DNA of 63,416 nucleotides, the filler included, from Choristocarpus tenellus KU-1152 (Eukaryota; Protista; Phaeophyceae): NCBI GenBank assembly GCA_964200185.2. It is 8 parts of 8 records of this genome, joined end to end, with 100 filler letters (N's around TTAATTAATTAA, not from the genome) between each part and the next. Parts side by side here need not be neighbours in the genome. Positions count along the whole stretch, not along the records: positions 1 to 18,683 come from CAXNAD020000524.1; positions 18,784 to 33,255 come from CAXNAD020001180.1; 6 more parts are not named here. One strand, given 5' to 3'. The notes below the pieces were generated by a model that was not told the origin of the DNA, did no database searches, and was given only the letters and a program-made list of their open reading frames with translations. The number at the start of each line of letters is the position of its first letter. The first letter of the stretch is position 1. Position numbers and translations under genes: made by a program. This document shows positions 17,377 to 30,700 of the stretch, piece after piece.

Positions 17377-18329
17377 CTCTTACAGGTTTTGAACCAACTT
17401 GTACCACAACAACTGGAGTTCATTTAGAATTAAAGCGGCGTTTACGTTTTGTGGTTTGTGTTCGTTGTTTGATTGATTTCGATTCTTTTGAACAGAGACC
17501 ACAACTTGTAACGATTTGTAGTCATAGAGAACAATGGAGACTGAAGTTGCTTCGCCACGGATGGTGGCTACACGGCCGCAGGGACTGAAGCCAAGGATCA
17601 CTCTTAGCCAACGTAGCCATGGTCAATCTAGAAGAATGATATCAAGGGTGAGCACAGAGTTTTAAAATTTGTGCGATTGCGAATTCCACTCAGTATGGGG
17701 CCTGTCGCCTCACATCGATTTCTGTTCCCAGGGTCCTGACGGGGAAACGATGGCGTCGCTGTCAGCACTGGCGATGAAAACGATCAAATCAAAGGCAACA
17801 GGAAACCTCATTAATCATCATAGCGCCAACAACAGGGTGATGGTCGATCGGCAAGCTGCCCATAGAAGGATGGTTCAGTCTAGCACATCCTATTCTGGTT
17901 TGGAGGTGTCCCCATTTCTTTCTAGATTGTTTTTCGTTCTGGGAACTTGGTTGCTGCATGCATGGGCATCAGGGTATCGGGATCAGGGATTTACCTTCAT
18001 TTCGACGAGTAGTGTGAAAGGCAGACTAACCTCTCCAGATTTGGTTACCATGTTTCTAAGGAAGGGCCAATCTCACATATGTTCATGTGTTGTCAAGTCT
18101 GGAAGGGTCACACAGTATTATTTGTAAATTGTGACTATCGGAATAGGACAGACGGTAATCAATACTAAAGGAGTTAAAGACGCACTACATCTCAATCACG
18201 AGTTCCACCAGTGGCAGTCGAAACGATTCTTGTTTGTAATACTCGTCCTGCATCCTCTTGGAGGTACGATACAGCTGGATGTCCAATTACAATCCTGTGG
18301 AAAGAAGCAACCCCATTAAGAACGCCATA

Positions 18330-18614
18330 GGATCTAAAGTCAGACACATCTTATCTATATTTTTCAAACCGGTTATCCACCATGCGACACGTTTGTCCCT
18401 TCTTGATATCCTCCCATGAAGATCATTGGATCTAACCTGGACAACTCTTATATCTCTACGTCAAACCCATTACGCCAATATGTGCCGCTTATGTTCTTTA
18501 TCTACAGGAAGGAGCTCAAAATTGTCTACGCAGATATCGAAAATCTTCAGCAAAAGTATAATATCTTGTGCACTCAACTCTGTACACGACGGCAAAAACA
18601 GGTGGCAAACAATT
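18330..18614 (-). pseudogene. Copia RNase H C-terminal remnant
   Basis: The minus-strand reading IFDICVDNFELLPVDKEHKRHIL..V.RRDIRVVQVRSND resembles Copia xxDNxxAxxLxxNPxxxxRTKHIxxxxHFxRxxVxxxxIxVxxVxSxxQxAD. Confidence 0.45.
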
Positions 18615-18683
18615 GAGTGAAAGTATCTTAGAGGGTACGAGTTTTGCCCTGTTTGTCCATTTGGGGCTTGGCTTCCCGTGGGG
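18615..18683. mobile_element. MITE subfamily 1, left end, truncated by contig end
   Basis: GAGTGAAAGTATCTTAGAGGGTACGAGTTTTGCCCTGTTTGTCCATTTGGGGCTTGGCTTCCC is nearly identical to 7115-7170. Confidence 0.85.
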
Positions 18684-18783
18684 NNNNNNNNNNNNNNNNN
18701 NNNNNNNNNNNNNNNNNNNNNNNNNNNTTAATTAATTAANNNNNNNNNNNNNNNNNNNNNNNNNNNNNNNNNNNNNNNNNNNN
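18684..18783. other. Artificial contig linker (N-run, TTAATTAATTAA, N-run); also at 33256-33355, 45900-45999, 50618-50717, 53316-53415, 57093-57192 and 60482-60581
   Basis: The same 100-nt construct occurs seven times, and TTAATTAATTAA places stops in all six frames. Genes and MITEs are truncated at these points. Confidence 0.98.
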
Positions 18784-18857
18784 CCATGGCCAAGAGGAAC
18801 CTGCTAGCCCCCATAGGGACTACACCAAGGGGGTTAGCAGGTTCCTCTTGGCCATGG
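18784..18857. repeat. 29-bp inverted repeat forming a 74-nt hairpin
   Basis: CCATGGCCAAGAGGAACCTGCTAGCCCCC pairs with GGGGGTTAGCAGGTTCCTCTTGGCCATGG, with one G-T pair and a 16-nt loop. Confidence 0.9.
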
Positions 18858-18939
18858 GCAGGTGGGAGCTCCTTGGCAGGAATTGTGAAGATTAGTCTGG
18901 AGATTTTTTCGTTTATCACAGTGCGAATGAGGATAATAA

Positions 18940-19500
18940 CATTGAGTGAGTCGTGCCAACCTTATGTGCTACGCGAAGGTGCAGCGTTGACACACCACAC
19001 TTGCTTGAGCCTCTCCAGGTATGATTTAACGTTTGGTATCAATGGTCATCTACCCACCAAGTAGAATGACGAATGCGAAAAGACGGCGCCATACCTTGGT
19101 ATCGCCTTTGGCAGAAATCGTTGCGTAAGCAGGGTCGGCGCTGCCAGCCTTCAGTACATGCAACAAACCAGTGATGTGATGCTCTTCCACGGTGTCTACC
19201 GCATACGAGGTCTGACCATTGGGGTGTCCCTTCGTGCGACTAAGCGTGCCCGAATCCACACTTGCCAAGGTCACAGTGCAACATCCGCAGGTAGGAGAAG
19301 TAGAGAACGGTTTTACTTTGATGTATCAACGCCTCCTTAGCTCGCTTGGACGTCGAACGTACTTCGAGGTACTTAGAATATCTGAAGAGATAAGTGGTTC
19401 CAAACCTGCCAATACTTTTTTGACTAGTAAAAAACTTCCGTAGACCAAGCATTTCCCTAGCAAATCTCATCGCCATGTGGCGTTGGTTTCCAAGTTCACT
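18940..19500 (-). pseudogene. RLE/CRE-like LINE C-terminal (restriction-like endonuclease) remnant
   Basis: SYAVDTVEEHHITGLLHVLKAGSADPAYATISAKGDTK resembles the LLDVTxADPxAxxHxRAGSADxDGxAAxxxExxK segment of brown-algal RLE LINEs. Confidence 0.5.
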
Positions 19501-20320
19501 CACACGTAGCAGGCTGGCATGGGTTGACCCTCCTTGACGAGCACTTCACCATCCTTTAGCTCACGCAGAGTCATCCTGGACGGAAACAAAATAATGGCAG
19601 AGTGTACAAGCAATATTTTTACCACGCACATTAGAGTAACGCCAGTGAATCAATGTTAAACGGCAACTGCACAGCCAGATGGGCAGTGGTTGAAGACAGA
19701 GCGATGCCACTTCTCTTGGATAGAGACCAGAATTTTATACCTGTGGGCTAAGTCTTGGCATAGTTCTTCGTTGTCGAATGCCTTCACAGTAATAGACAGA
19801 AGGGGACGTAGGGCAAGGACAAGGTGGCGTTAGGGGAGTACAGAACATGCAGCACTTTCAATACATTCGATACATCACAGATTCTCTTGCGTTCATTACA
19901 CCACGAACATGAGTTTGAAGGAGGTTTCCAACCAGCTTTCTGTCCATTCTCTTGTGCAAGAACCACTTTCCCTCCACAGCGTGGTGGTATCTAGTACCTT
20001 ACTTCCACAAACTGGGCCTCTAATCTCAATAGTCTGCCTATACTATTGGGCAGTTTCCAATCTTGTACAGAACCATGTTGAAGTCCTTGCCCATGATCCA
20101 TTACACCATCTTTACAGTACCACAACAAACACGTTATAGAGCCAGTCACAACAGACTGTCTCTTTCCCACTCTCTTATCATACTAATCTTCGTTCAATTT
20201 TTTTGGAATGTGATATCTTCATAGACTCCCTCCCCACCTTCGCTTGATAGTTGGCATTTACAAGTAGTCTCCTACTGTTTGAAATACCCACCAAGAGTCA
20301 TTACAAGTGGGTCCAGTGCT

Positions 20321-23300
20321 ATGGCGTCGCTTTGGAAGCGGTGAGTTGCACAGTTCTTTGAAACGTCTGTCCAACTCCAGCAAATCCATCTTCTGAGAGT
20401 TTTGCCCATGTCTTCTTCCTACTCTTGTGCCGCTAAATTGTTTCGTGGTCAATAGATGGATATCAGAAACCCTCGCAATGGGCGTAGTTATGTCGATCGG
20501 CGACAGCGTAATCTCAAACGAAGTTCTAAAAAGGACAAAGGGGCATGCTCTCGGACTGGGCTTCGTAGCCTTCGGCTTTGGAATGGCCTTCTTTACCGCC
20601 ATCATCATGTTCGGGCACCTCAGTGCGACGGTGAGGCATGTTTCCTATGTCGTAGAATATAAGGAAGAGAAGCTAATGAGATATCCTCATCGTCGCGATT
20701 GGCGAGAATGTGTACTTGGGGGTGGTGTGCAAAAGACATTGAGATCATTGAGAGTCGAGGAGATGTGTAGCATCTGTTTTTCTAGTCATTTGGTGCTTGT
20801 CCTCTCTCGTGATTGCAGTCTAAACATGATGCTAATGATCATGTATCGGTCAATGGTTGGACGCAGGTGAACCCTGCCATGCTACTTGCAAAGGCATTGC
20901 TCGGCAGACTCTCCTGGAAGGCAAGTTCATTACAAAGCTCATTCGTGGAATCCCTACTGACGTCTCTGATAAAGTTGCCTTTTTCTCAAGTCGCAATTTA
21001 TAATTCTTAAGTCTGATATGGGAAGAGTTTATGAGGATAACCTTTGTGGAAGTGGTGGATGAAGAGCTCGTGATTGGTGAACATATTCTCTACATTCTCA
21101 CACGATGTAATTGTATCCCAACAACTTTACTTCTGATTCTGATGCCCACCCCCTCCCACCCTATACAACACTACTATGCTACGTTCACATATGATCAGGA
21201 TGCATTGGCTCTCATGACAGCGGATGTGCTCGGTGCCTTCCTTGGAGCTGTTTTTGTGTATGGTGTATAGTGAGTGCACTAAGACTTCCATGCTGGTACA
21301 CATAACAGCTTTTGGTGTACCTTGGCAGAATGCACGACCGTAGAAAAGATCCCTTCTTTCGCTCCTACCCTTGCGACTTTCTAGAGCACCTCTATATCCT
21401 TCCACCCCATCTCTCGTCCCGTCTATCTGCCCTTCACTTGTTCTCTAGCTTTGCACACTTCAGCATTGTGCCGGACCGACCAAAGCCTCCAAGGTGGGAT
21501 GATGCCTTCCTCCGACCCGATTCCCGTCCAGAGTTCAGTCGAAATGCATACATCTCCTACGAAGGTGGTGGCACGGCAGTCGCTCCAGAGGTGAGCATTG
21601 TTGCACCCAGATGCAATATGGTTAAGTTTCCTTCTTCCTCTCTAGGATATGTACATTGTCATCCTTTGATAGTATCAAAGAGTGCTGCTGCACCATGATG
21701 ATGTCCTACTCACTTTCATCCATGCCTCCCACTTTCTAAAACTCAGATAGGCCTTTTCACTCCCTCATGCTTCTGCAATCCTATCATCAAGACCTGGTGT
21801 ATGTGAGATTGCACATATTCCCCCATTGAATGCTACCCACCTCGTAGTGATTATCATGTACTTGCATCGCTTTTGCTTCTGATACAGACACTCTATGGCA
21901 TGGTTACATGAGGTTTGAAGTTTTGGAGATAGTTCATGCCCGAGAACATTATTTTTTCCTCTCGTGTCTTCTGCTGATATCAACGTTTGACTCATTGATT
22001 GAGTAACAGCCTTACAACTTAACTAACCACTACAGCACAGCTTGTGCATGTGCTTCTACCCCTGTCTATTACTCCAGATAATGTATTTGCCATCCCCATC
22101 TCAAGGTTGGTGTTTGTGTTGAATGCGTAGGTTGGACTGAAATGTTCACTCCATTCAACTGTTTTCCACTGAACACCCAATATCACACTTAGAAACCCTG
22201 ATACTCTCTGTGATCAATAAAGCACTCACATTGTCCTTGTTCAATTATGACAAAGCACAATTAACCCCGGAAAACTTCACATGCCAGTATGAGAGGGGCC
22301 CAATCGAGATTTACCAAGTTTTCTTACCTGAGGTTTTCAAACTCCTTTGTCCTCCCATGACATAGCAAACATCAATTTGCTGGATGTTCTTTCCACTGAT
22401 ACTGAGTACCTATTGCAGGTTGTGAAGTAGTGTAGTCACCACAACATGCATGGTGACACCACCAGTACAAAAGTCCCTTCTTCAGCTAGATAGGTATATT
22501 TCGATGATTTTCTCCTTCTGTTTGACATATGCATCGAAACGCTTATTGAAGCTCAGTTTGAACTGATGCTATTGATGGCCTTCCATTTCCTGGACAGGGG
22601 CCTGCTTGATCTCCCCATTATTGTTGAGAAAGTCGTGTTTGTATGGTATTCGCAATACTCTTGTGGACCTAATATACTGGTATCCCCATCTACATTTTTT
22701 TCAACAAGATGCTTTCCCACAACTCTTGCGAGATCTGATTTATGCTGTGTGCCTTCCACTATGTTTTGAATTTTCTGCCATGATGAATTGATGTATGGGG
22801 TAATGGGGTGCTCCAGACTGCTCATCCTCGTAGGACTCCAGCCCAGTTTCGTTATGAGGGGAGCCCTGCAGTCGTCTCTGCACAGGGTGGTTTCCCTGTG
22901 CTCCTGGAGAGGTCAAACAGCCTGCAGGTTCTTAGTTCAATCAAATGTCTAGTTTGGAGGCAATCTCTTGGCGAACTTTGTTGACATGTGCTTGAAGATG
23001 CAAGGACTGAACTGAACAGACCGGGGGTACTGTAGAGTGGGCTGCCTCCCCCCAGACTGAAGAATCTTGTATCAGCTGAGCACTCGATGGGAAGTTTCCT
23101 CAACCAGCAGGTTCTCGTGGTGTATGATGAAGAAATAATTATGTTTAACGAGAGGAAGTGATGCGGAACAGTGCTGTGTTTCGCTCTCATTAATATGTAG
23201 CAATTGCAAGCGATTGAAAATGGATGGAAGTGAGGATGAGGAATGAAGACATTATGATTGCTTCACAATCCTTTCATTAGTTCTGTGTCTTTTCGTTTTG

Positions 23301-26300
23301 TAAAATAAAATTGCTCTGCGTCTCAACCTCTTTATAGGTAGCGACCCTACTACATGAGCACGACAAGGCAAGAGACAGTGCTTATGGAGAAGACACCGAC
23401 CCTTCCCAATCGCATTCTCTACAACCAGGATCATCTGGCAGGGCGAAATATTTGCAGGGCACATCATGTCCTGGGGGCACCCAGACATCCCCTGCACCCC
23501 CAGGGAATCTGGGCCATGGGACTGACCCTAGTCCTGGTCAAGGTGTCGAGCACAACGACCTTTCCTTGGTGGACACAAATGTTGTTGACCAAGGCATCAA
23601 CCCTGAAGGAAGTGGGAGGGGGAAAGGGACAAGGGATGAGACGAGGGTAGGAGCTAGGGAAGTAGATAGCGGGGAAGGAGAGGAGGAAGAGAGGCATTGG
23701 TATGAGGTGAGCCATTAAATTTATGCATTGTGTAATGACGTGTATGGCGTTTATTGAATGTCGAATTTTCATAATATCACTGCGTTACAGATATTTGTTG
23801 GTGTAATTTCTCTTGAGCAATGGCTTGTCGTAGCCTCTAGTGAAGATGGCTAGGGTGTAGTTACTACCCCCTAGGGTAATTGGAGCACTTCGTACTGAAG
23901 GCTTCTTCCTGGAAGGAGCATCAAAACCTGCACTGCAGCAGTATCTCGTCACTGTTTCCCTTGCATGTTGACCTCAAGCGAGCCTGGCATACCCTTCAGT
24001 GGGGTGGATTTATGCTGCGTGAGCAAGAACAAGAACGCAATGAAAATGGTGAACGTCCTAACACACCAAGGGGGCAGAGGAATCTTCAAGAGGATGACAT
24101 ATCAGAACTCGAAAGGTATGGAATGCATCACGGCAATGGAAATAGTAAACCTCCTCTAGGGAAAGCGATTTGCCAAGTACAACTGCCACGTGGAAGACTA
24201 TGGATCCTTCACAGCATCATTGCTAAACTTTGTGCCATTAGTTTTGTGCTGCAGTTGGAGCACATCGTGTACTACGTGCTGGAGTAGATAAGTTTGTTTG
24301 AGCTCCCAGTACAAATTTGTCTATATTTGAAAAATGAACGAAATATAGCTATCCGGCATTTTGGTATTCGCTCCATCCATGGTGGATTTTCAGCAGTTGG
24401 GTGTTTCATTTTTATTAGTATAGTGTTGATGTAGGTTTCATACAGGATGGAAGTAATGATCAAGGATAGCTTTTGCACAGAATAAGGGACTGCGGTGGTC
24501 TTGGGGGTACCTTGTGTTACTTTCCCGTTTGTGCTCGTGTTTATTCACAGGTGGTTTTTGATTGCATATCGAGAAAATGGGTGGATCCTCGCTTCCGAAG
24601 TTGAAAACAAGACTAGAAATAGACTGCGCAAATGTGCGTGATTGCATTTCTACTGTATTCCTTGCTTCCCTTTTACTCCCATTTCTAGTTAAATTTGTCC
24701 TATGTTTGGCTTATTTTTAAACTTGTCCATGGTCACTTTCATTCCTCTCTCTTGATCCCTCATCTCTTTAACCTCCTAGTACTTCCGATTTTCCACTATA
24801 TTTTGCCTTAAAAGATTTCCCTGCAGTATCTCATTTGTCATACTGCAGCATGAGTGCCAAGAAAGCGAGAAAATGATGAGTGCCAATGATCTCCGTACAC
24901 TGTAAATGTTTCAGGTTGGGTGTTGAGAAAGCTGAAGTTGCTGCCTACCTCGGAGCACTGAGGGCGGATCAGAATGCTAAGCTGAGCTGTTTCTCTTCAC
25001 GCCCAGCCGTGTTCAACTTCCAAGCAAACTTGGTGCGCTCTAGGTGTCCGTGACTCCTCTTCTATCTGAATCTATTGCTGATAATCGCAAGCATGCATAC
25101 TCATATATGTCTCTCCCCCTGTTACGTATGAAAACACTCTTGTACAACAATTTTGTTGATTCGTGCGGGTTTGCTTAATGTCATGGACGGATCTTTGAGT
25201 GCCCATGACGAATGTGTGAGTTATTCCTGTGAAGTTGTAGGGATCATAACTATTCTGCATTGAGTCTTTTGGGTGTGATTAGTAGTACTCCATCACTGAT
25301 GGCGCAATCAGTAGGTAGGTATGGCACAGGGGCAGCATGTGGAAGCGATTGGGTAATGAACCGTGCTAAACCTTGTTGTCCTCAGTTGTTCAGAGTACAA
25401 GTTTGAGGCTTACATATTGCTTCTCCCAGAGATTATCGCAGTTGTAGACTTGGGAATACCTACCTGGAAAAACCGTACGGGGTAACTTCAACCTCTCTCA
25501 ACACGACCCTGCCATTGCAGGTTGACCCTGACAAGCTTTCTGTCTCATGACTTTACTCGAACCGTTAACCAACTCCCACGACCAGATGACTGAGATACTT
25601 TGCACCTTCCTACTAATCTGGTCCGCACTCATGCTTGAGGAACGGCCTGATCTGTTGGTGTCTTCGTTGGCATCAGAGATTGTTTCTCCTCTCCTCGAAC
25701 CTCTCCTCATTGGCTTCCTGGTGAGAGCTACAACACTTGGGAACTGGTAATGACCAACATATGGAAGAAGTGGACGATATAAGCTGCTCTGCAGGCTCTT
25801 GTTTTCGTTGATTCATTGTAACTCCAGCTGATTGAATACGCTTAGTAATTGCACCATGATGAGATGTTGTAAACTACAATGAGGAAGTTCCTTCAACTGG
25901 AAGAAATGGGTGTGTATTGATGTTTGTGGTGTTTTGTTTAGAGCACATTGTCGAAGGCAGTCCAATAGGCCACACTCAGTCATATTGTCTTGGTTGCACA
26001 TAGACTGCTGTGCATTCGGAGTTGGATGAAGAAGGCAGTTTACGTCACTAAATCAGAATATGAAAACCCACTGATGATTCAAAACCCACAATTTTGACTA
26101 GATGTGGATTCATAATATTTTTTCGGCACTGCTCTGTAACTCGTTCCATGTGGGCAGGTCTTTGGTCTTGTAGTTTCATGTGCTGGGCCAACTGGTTTTG
26201 CAGCAAACCCTGCAAGGGACTTGGGACCCCGAGTTGCCCACGCTGTTCTTCCCATCCCGAACAAGGTGATAATGACGGTGTGTTGCCCCCTCTATTGTTC

Positions 26301-26852
26301 AGCTATTGCCACAGTGCAACTTGTCTACACACTACAACTTCCAGCGGTAGTTGGAGTATGAAGATGAGTTTTTTACTGAGGTGCAGCTATACAGTACCGG
26401 TATTCTGACTTGTCAAACTAGTTCCACCTGTACCTACCATCCCTCTATTAGAAGATGAATTCAGTCAAGCACCTGCAGCTTCTCATGACCAGCACCGCGT
26501 GCAAAGTCCTGTTCTATTGCTCCATGTTCACGAAGACTGACCAATTCTTACAACCTAATTCAGCATATATTTGTTGCTGTAACATCCACATTCCCATCTC
26601 GACATCCCCAACACACAACCTTCACTGCACACCGCTGTTGATCAACTTCTTTGATGAATTGCAATTGTACTTAATCAGGGCCCATCAGAGTGGTACTATG
26701 CCTGGGTCCCCATCGTTGGCCCCATAATCGGAGGCTTTGTGGGGGCCATGACCTTTTGGGGCTGTGCTCAGCTAAATGAATATCCTGATTGGAATGAGGA
26801 AGGAAAAATATCTTTCGGTGGTCATTGGGATTGTACCAATGCTACATGCTGA
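20321..26852 (+). CDS. Aquaglyceroporin (MIP family, GlpF-like) with a large hydrophilic insertion after TM3
   Basis: Exons: 20321-20340 (MASLWKR), 20456-20630, 20867-20920 ([10 protein letters not shown] donor), ~21200-21269, ~21449-21590, ~23338-23709, ~23980-24115, ~24915-25032 ([15 protein letters not shown]), ~25586-25720, ~26158-26265 ([27 protein letters not shown]) and ~26679-26852 ([17 protein letters not shown]...*). Both NPA boxes are present. Internal insertion exons at 22.4-23.1 kb are uncertain. Confidence 0.93.
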
Positions 26853-27701
26853 GCTGGGATGGTCTTCAAAGAAGACATGGAGTACTCATTTTTGAAAATA
26901 TTTTTGAAAACGAGGATACTTTCTTGTTGGCAAGATATCAGCAAAGGAAATGATACTCTTGTTGTGAGCAGGAAAGTCCTTGTAACACGTTGCATGAAGT
27001 TTTCCTTATTGTATTCAAGATCATCAAGAAATGATGTGTGATTATAATACATCAACATGTACTTTCTGTGAACAATTTGGAACAATGATCTCCTACGATT
27101 TTGGAATATTGCAGTTGTTACTTGTTTCATGTTCCACTGCTGTATCTGTGCCCCAGTTTCATCATAAGTTAAAGTATGTGCCATATAGACTTAACGGAGA
27201 CCAAGGATTAGACGATTCTAGAGTTCTAGAATGCCAGTTGCCTGTTCTTGTATAGAAGACCAGGGGCACAAGTGAAGCAGCATGCATGTGTTAGGGGCAC
27301 GAAAAACGAAATTGACAATTTAAAGGGCAAGGTTAGCAGAACACACTATCTAGTATGTTGTAGTGAATGTGCTCCTCAAGACTCAAGGCAGAACCTGGTT
27401 TCATCAATTCTGATTCTACTGTGTTAGGTGTTGTGGCATGCATGGATGTGTCATGTATTCAAAGCCTCAATCAAATGAGGAAAAGTTGACTTGTAGAGGA
27501 GATAAGAGGAATGTAGATTGTTACGCTCAACAGGGGCTTCAGATTGCAAGGTCTGTGGTACAAAAAGTAGTTTCATGAGCATTAAGCCCTTCGTTGTGTT
27601 CGGGCCAAGGAATGGGCACTGGATGGATCAGTACAAGGTACAATAAAAGACCCACCCACCCCTCCAAAGTCGTTCCATCGCTAATCACTAGAAGAAAATT
27701 G

Positions 27702-30700
27702 CTATAAAGGTCGTGAAAGTTGTGCAGGCTTCTTCTTTGGCCCACCCTCAACTCCCTCCTGCTTAAGCTTTTGGAGCTCACGGCGAAGGGCCTGCACTTG
27801 GGCGGCAGCTCCCTTTCCACCCCCCATGACAGAGTTTGTGACATCCTTACACCTTGCTGCGAATTGCAAGGCATTTATAGTCTCACCAGCATTATAGTCG
27901 GCTGGAGAGGCACAAACAAACATTAGTGTTTTGCTGTTGCCCCCAAGTGAATCAGACATCATCATGGTGAGTGCATGGTTCCGGTAGGGAATATGCTTTG
28001 TTCCGGACGTGAGTGCTCCGATCACATCCCCAAGAGCTGACAGTGACTTGTTGATGCTTTGTGCCTCTTTGAGCTGGTCCCCTGATGCCCCGCTCTTGCC
28101 TACACGCTCTGAACCCGCGAGGTCAACTAGAGTCAGCTTGCCCCGGATGCAAGACCCTGTTCGGCGGTTGGTGGAGCTCACCACAATGGAACACAGCAAG
28201 TGTGACCGTGAGCTATCTGAGTTCATTTGTGTTGATGAGACTGTGCGTCCCTCTGCTCCCATCTGATGGAGGAAAGAGGGATACATAAGGCAACGGCAGA
28301 GTTGACATTAGCTGCAGAGGAAATCGCAACAGGGTAGAGGTGTTGAAAAGACAGGGCAACAGAGTGATGCGGGCATATGCTCAGACCTCTACTGTGGTGG
28401 TATTTAGAATCTGTTGTGTCTAAGTGCATCAAAAGAGTGGAGAAAATGTTAAGACAAGCATGAAATGACTAGGGGATGTATAATGGCGCATCTTTGCTTG
28501 CATATATGAGTTGATGTATGTATGGTCGGATGGTTAGTCTTTGGATTCGATAGCTGCAATTAATGGAAGAAGGTGCGGAGAGTGGAATGCATGTTCGTGA
28601 GGAAATTGGACTCTCTCACAACACATCCTGATGATGTAGCGGATGGTGACCAGAGCCATAAATCAAAACTTGTATGGTCTGAAAATTCTACCTAGTATAG
28701 TACATCAGTAGCTGCAAATTGCTCTGTAGTGCTCTCTCTGTCGCTCCTTTGCAATACAGATCTACTTGAGGAGATCTACTCAGGGCGTTCAGAGGATATT
28801 GGGGTCAAGGTGAGGTGCAACAGCACGCCCTGAATGCCTTACGGGAGATCATACTCTGAATCAACCAGATCTTCTGGACCTCCAATGACATATTCGAAGG
28901 CAGGAAAAATTTGCACAAGGGAAATCATATCAAGAAACTTATCTATTAAAAGGAAAATTGCGTCTTGGATGTTGAAATTTTGCTTGGGTGAAGAATTTCC
29001 CCATGATTTTGATGGGTTATAAGGTTGGGTATTGGATGAATGAAGAATCAAATTTGAATATTACCACAAGAAAAACTAGATTGGACTACTTTGTATTTGT
29101 CAACCTAGAAATAATCCTAAGAAGATTCAAGTGAGAGAGCGATATGATATATTGATACAAAGAAGCTGCATCCAGTGTATGGTTATATCCTATTGCTCTA
29201 GGTAACGGCAATATTGGCTTCAAATGAGATTCAATCTTTGTGATTTATCCACTCGTTTCATCGTCCTAATCTCTTGTCTCAACACATGGTATACTCTTCA
29301 GGCATAAGAACAAGGTAACATATTCTCGTAAAGATATATGATATGTAAAACAAGTCTTATGTATGAATCTACGGAAAATATGTCTACAACAGCATTTTAT
29401 TATCTTGGTTGAGGTATGATATTCCGGAGTATTCTGTACCTACTTTGTACTCATTATCTCGACATTCCTTTTTACTTTTGGTGTGATGGTGCTACACATT
29501 ATTTTCTTAGGAAAGGTCAATGCACTTGAGTATTGATTTGCATTGGACTATCCTACTTCCGAGAACTTGAAACCAGACCCTTTGGTAACGTGGTTGAGAT
29601 GACTATCACATCTCAATGTTTTCTGATCTGCTGTGTTGAAGTTGTTTGGAGGACAAAGCGGATGAGGGATTTTTTTTCATGTACCTGTATTGTGTCAATC
29701 ATATCTTTGATTGAGTTTGCTTCCTTCTCAACGCCTCCTTCAACAACAACAAGACCGGTGCCACTATGTTCAGCAAGCTTGATGACCAGCTTCTGTTGAC
29801 CTCCTCTATTGGCCAGCTGTGAGGATCGAAAAAAGTGTGAAATCGGGTAGTGGAGTTACATTTTATGGCGATGTATTTGAAAGGATGATTGGAATGTGGT
29901 GGGAAAAAAGACTAAGTGTTAACCACATTCCTGTGTGAGTGGAATCTATTGTATGTGTGTGTGCGCATGTTGGAACAGTATATTTAAATTTTTGCATGTA
30001 GTGCCATGCATTGGCTTGGTGTACACAAGTTCTTTCTATGAACCAATTCACAGATGCTGCTACTACCTGACAAATGCTTGTATGATCTGTATGGTCCAAT
30101 CACGTGAAGTCTTGCAATGCCAAGTGATCCCATTTTACCACCCATACTCCCCCTAAGGGTTCACTAGCCTAGTCTCAAAACCCTCTTCCCTTCTATGTAC
30201 TTCTTCAGTGGGTAAGGGCTAGGGGTAAGGAATGAAGGAGCAAGTGGGTGCACTACAAGCATAAAGTAGTGGTGTGCAGATCAAGTCCGATACCCAAGCA
30301 TATTGTATTCTGCATATGAGCTTTGATCCCATGTAACCATCAAGGCCGGTTGTGAGGGATCAACTGCCTCAAACACTCCAACTGTTTCAATTTTCTTTGT
30401 GATGGTGATTCCTTCTTTAAACAGATGCTAGCAATCTCAATGGCAACCAACTATTTGAAATCCTCCATCATTCTACAGTGCTGCTGGAGGAGAAAGGTTC
30501 AATCTCTAGCTCCTCACCAGGTCTCGTAGCCCATCTCGGTACAACTCAAACATGGACACCTTCACGTCAAAACTGTACTGGGACTCCCTCTCCTTCAGGA
30601 CACGGAACAGCTCCAGCACTGCTCGTGGAGTTACCCCTGCTGTCCCGTCACACTCTCCTGTCGATGCATCCACTCCACCCCCAACTCCCCCAGCTCCAAA

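Noticed and set aside
17669-18127. 152-aa ORF head-to-head with the RRF gene
   Set aside because: It has no recognisable domain and I could not build a splice model. The same applies to most short ORFs in the track, which are antisense or intronic noise.
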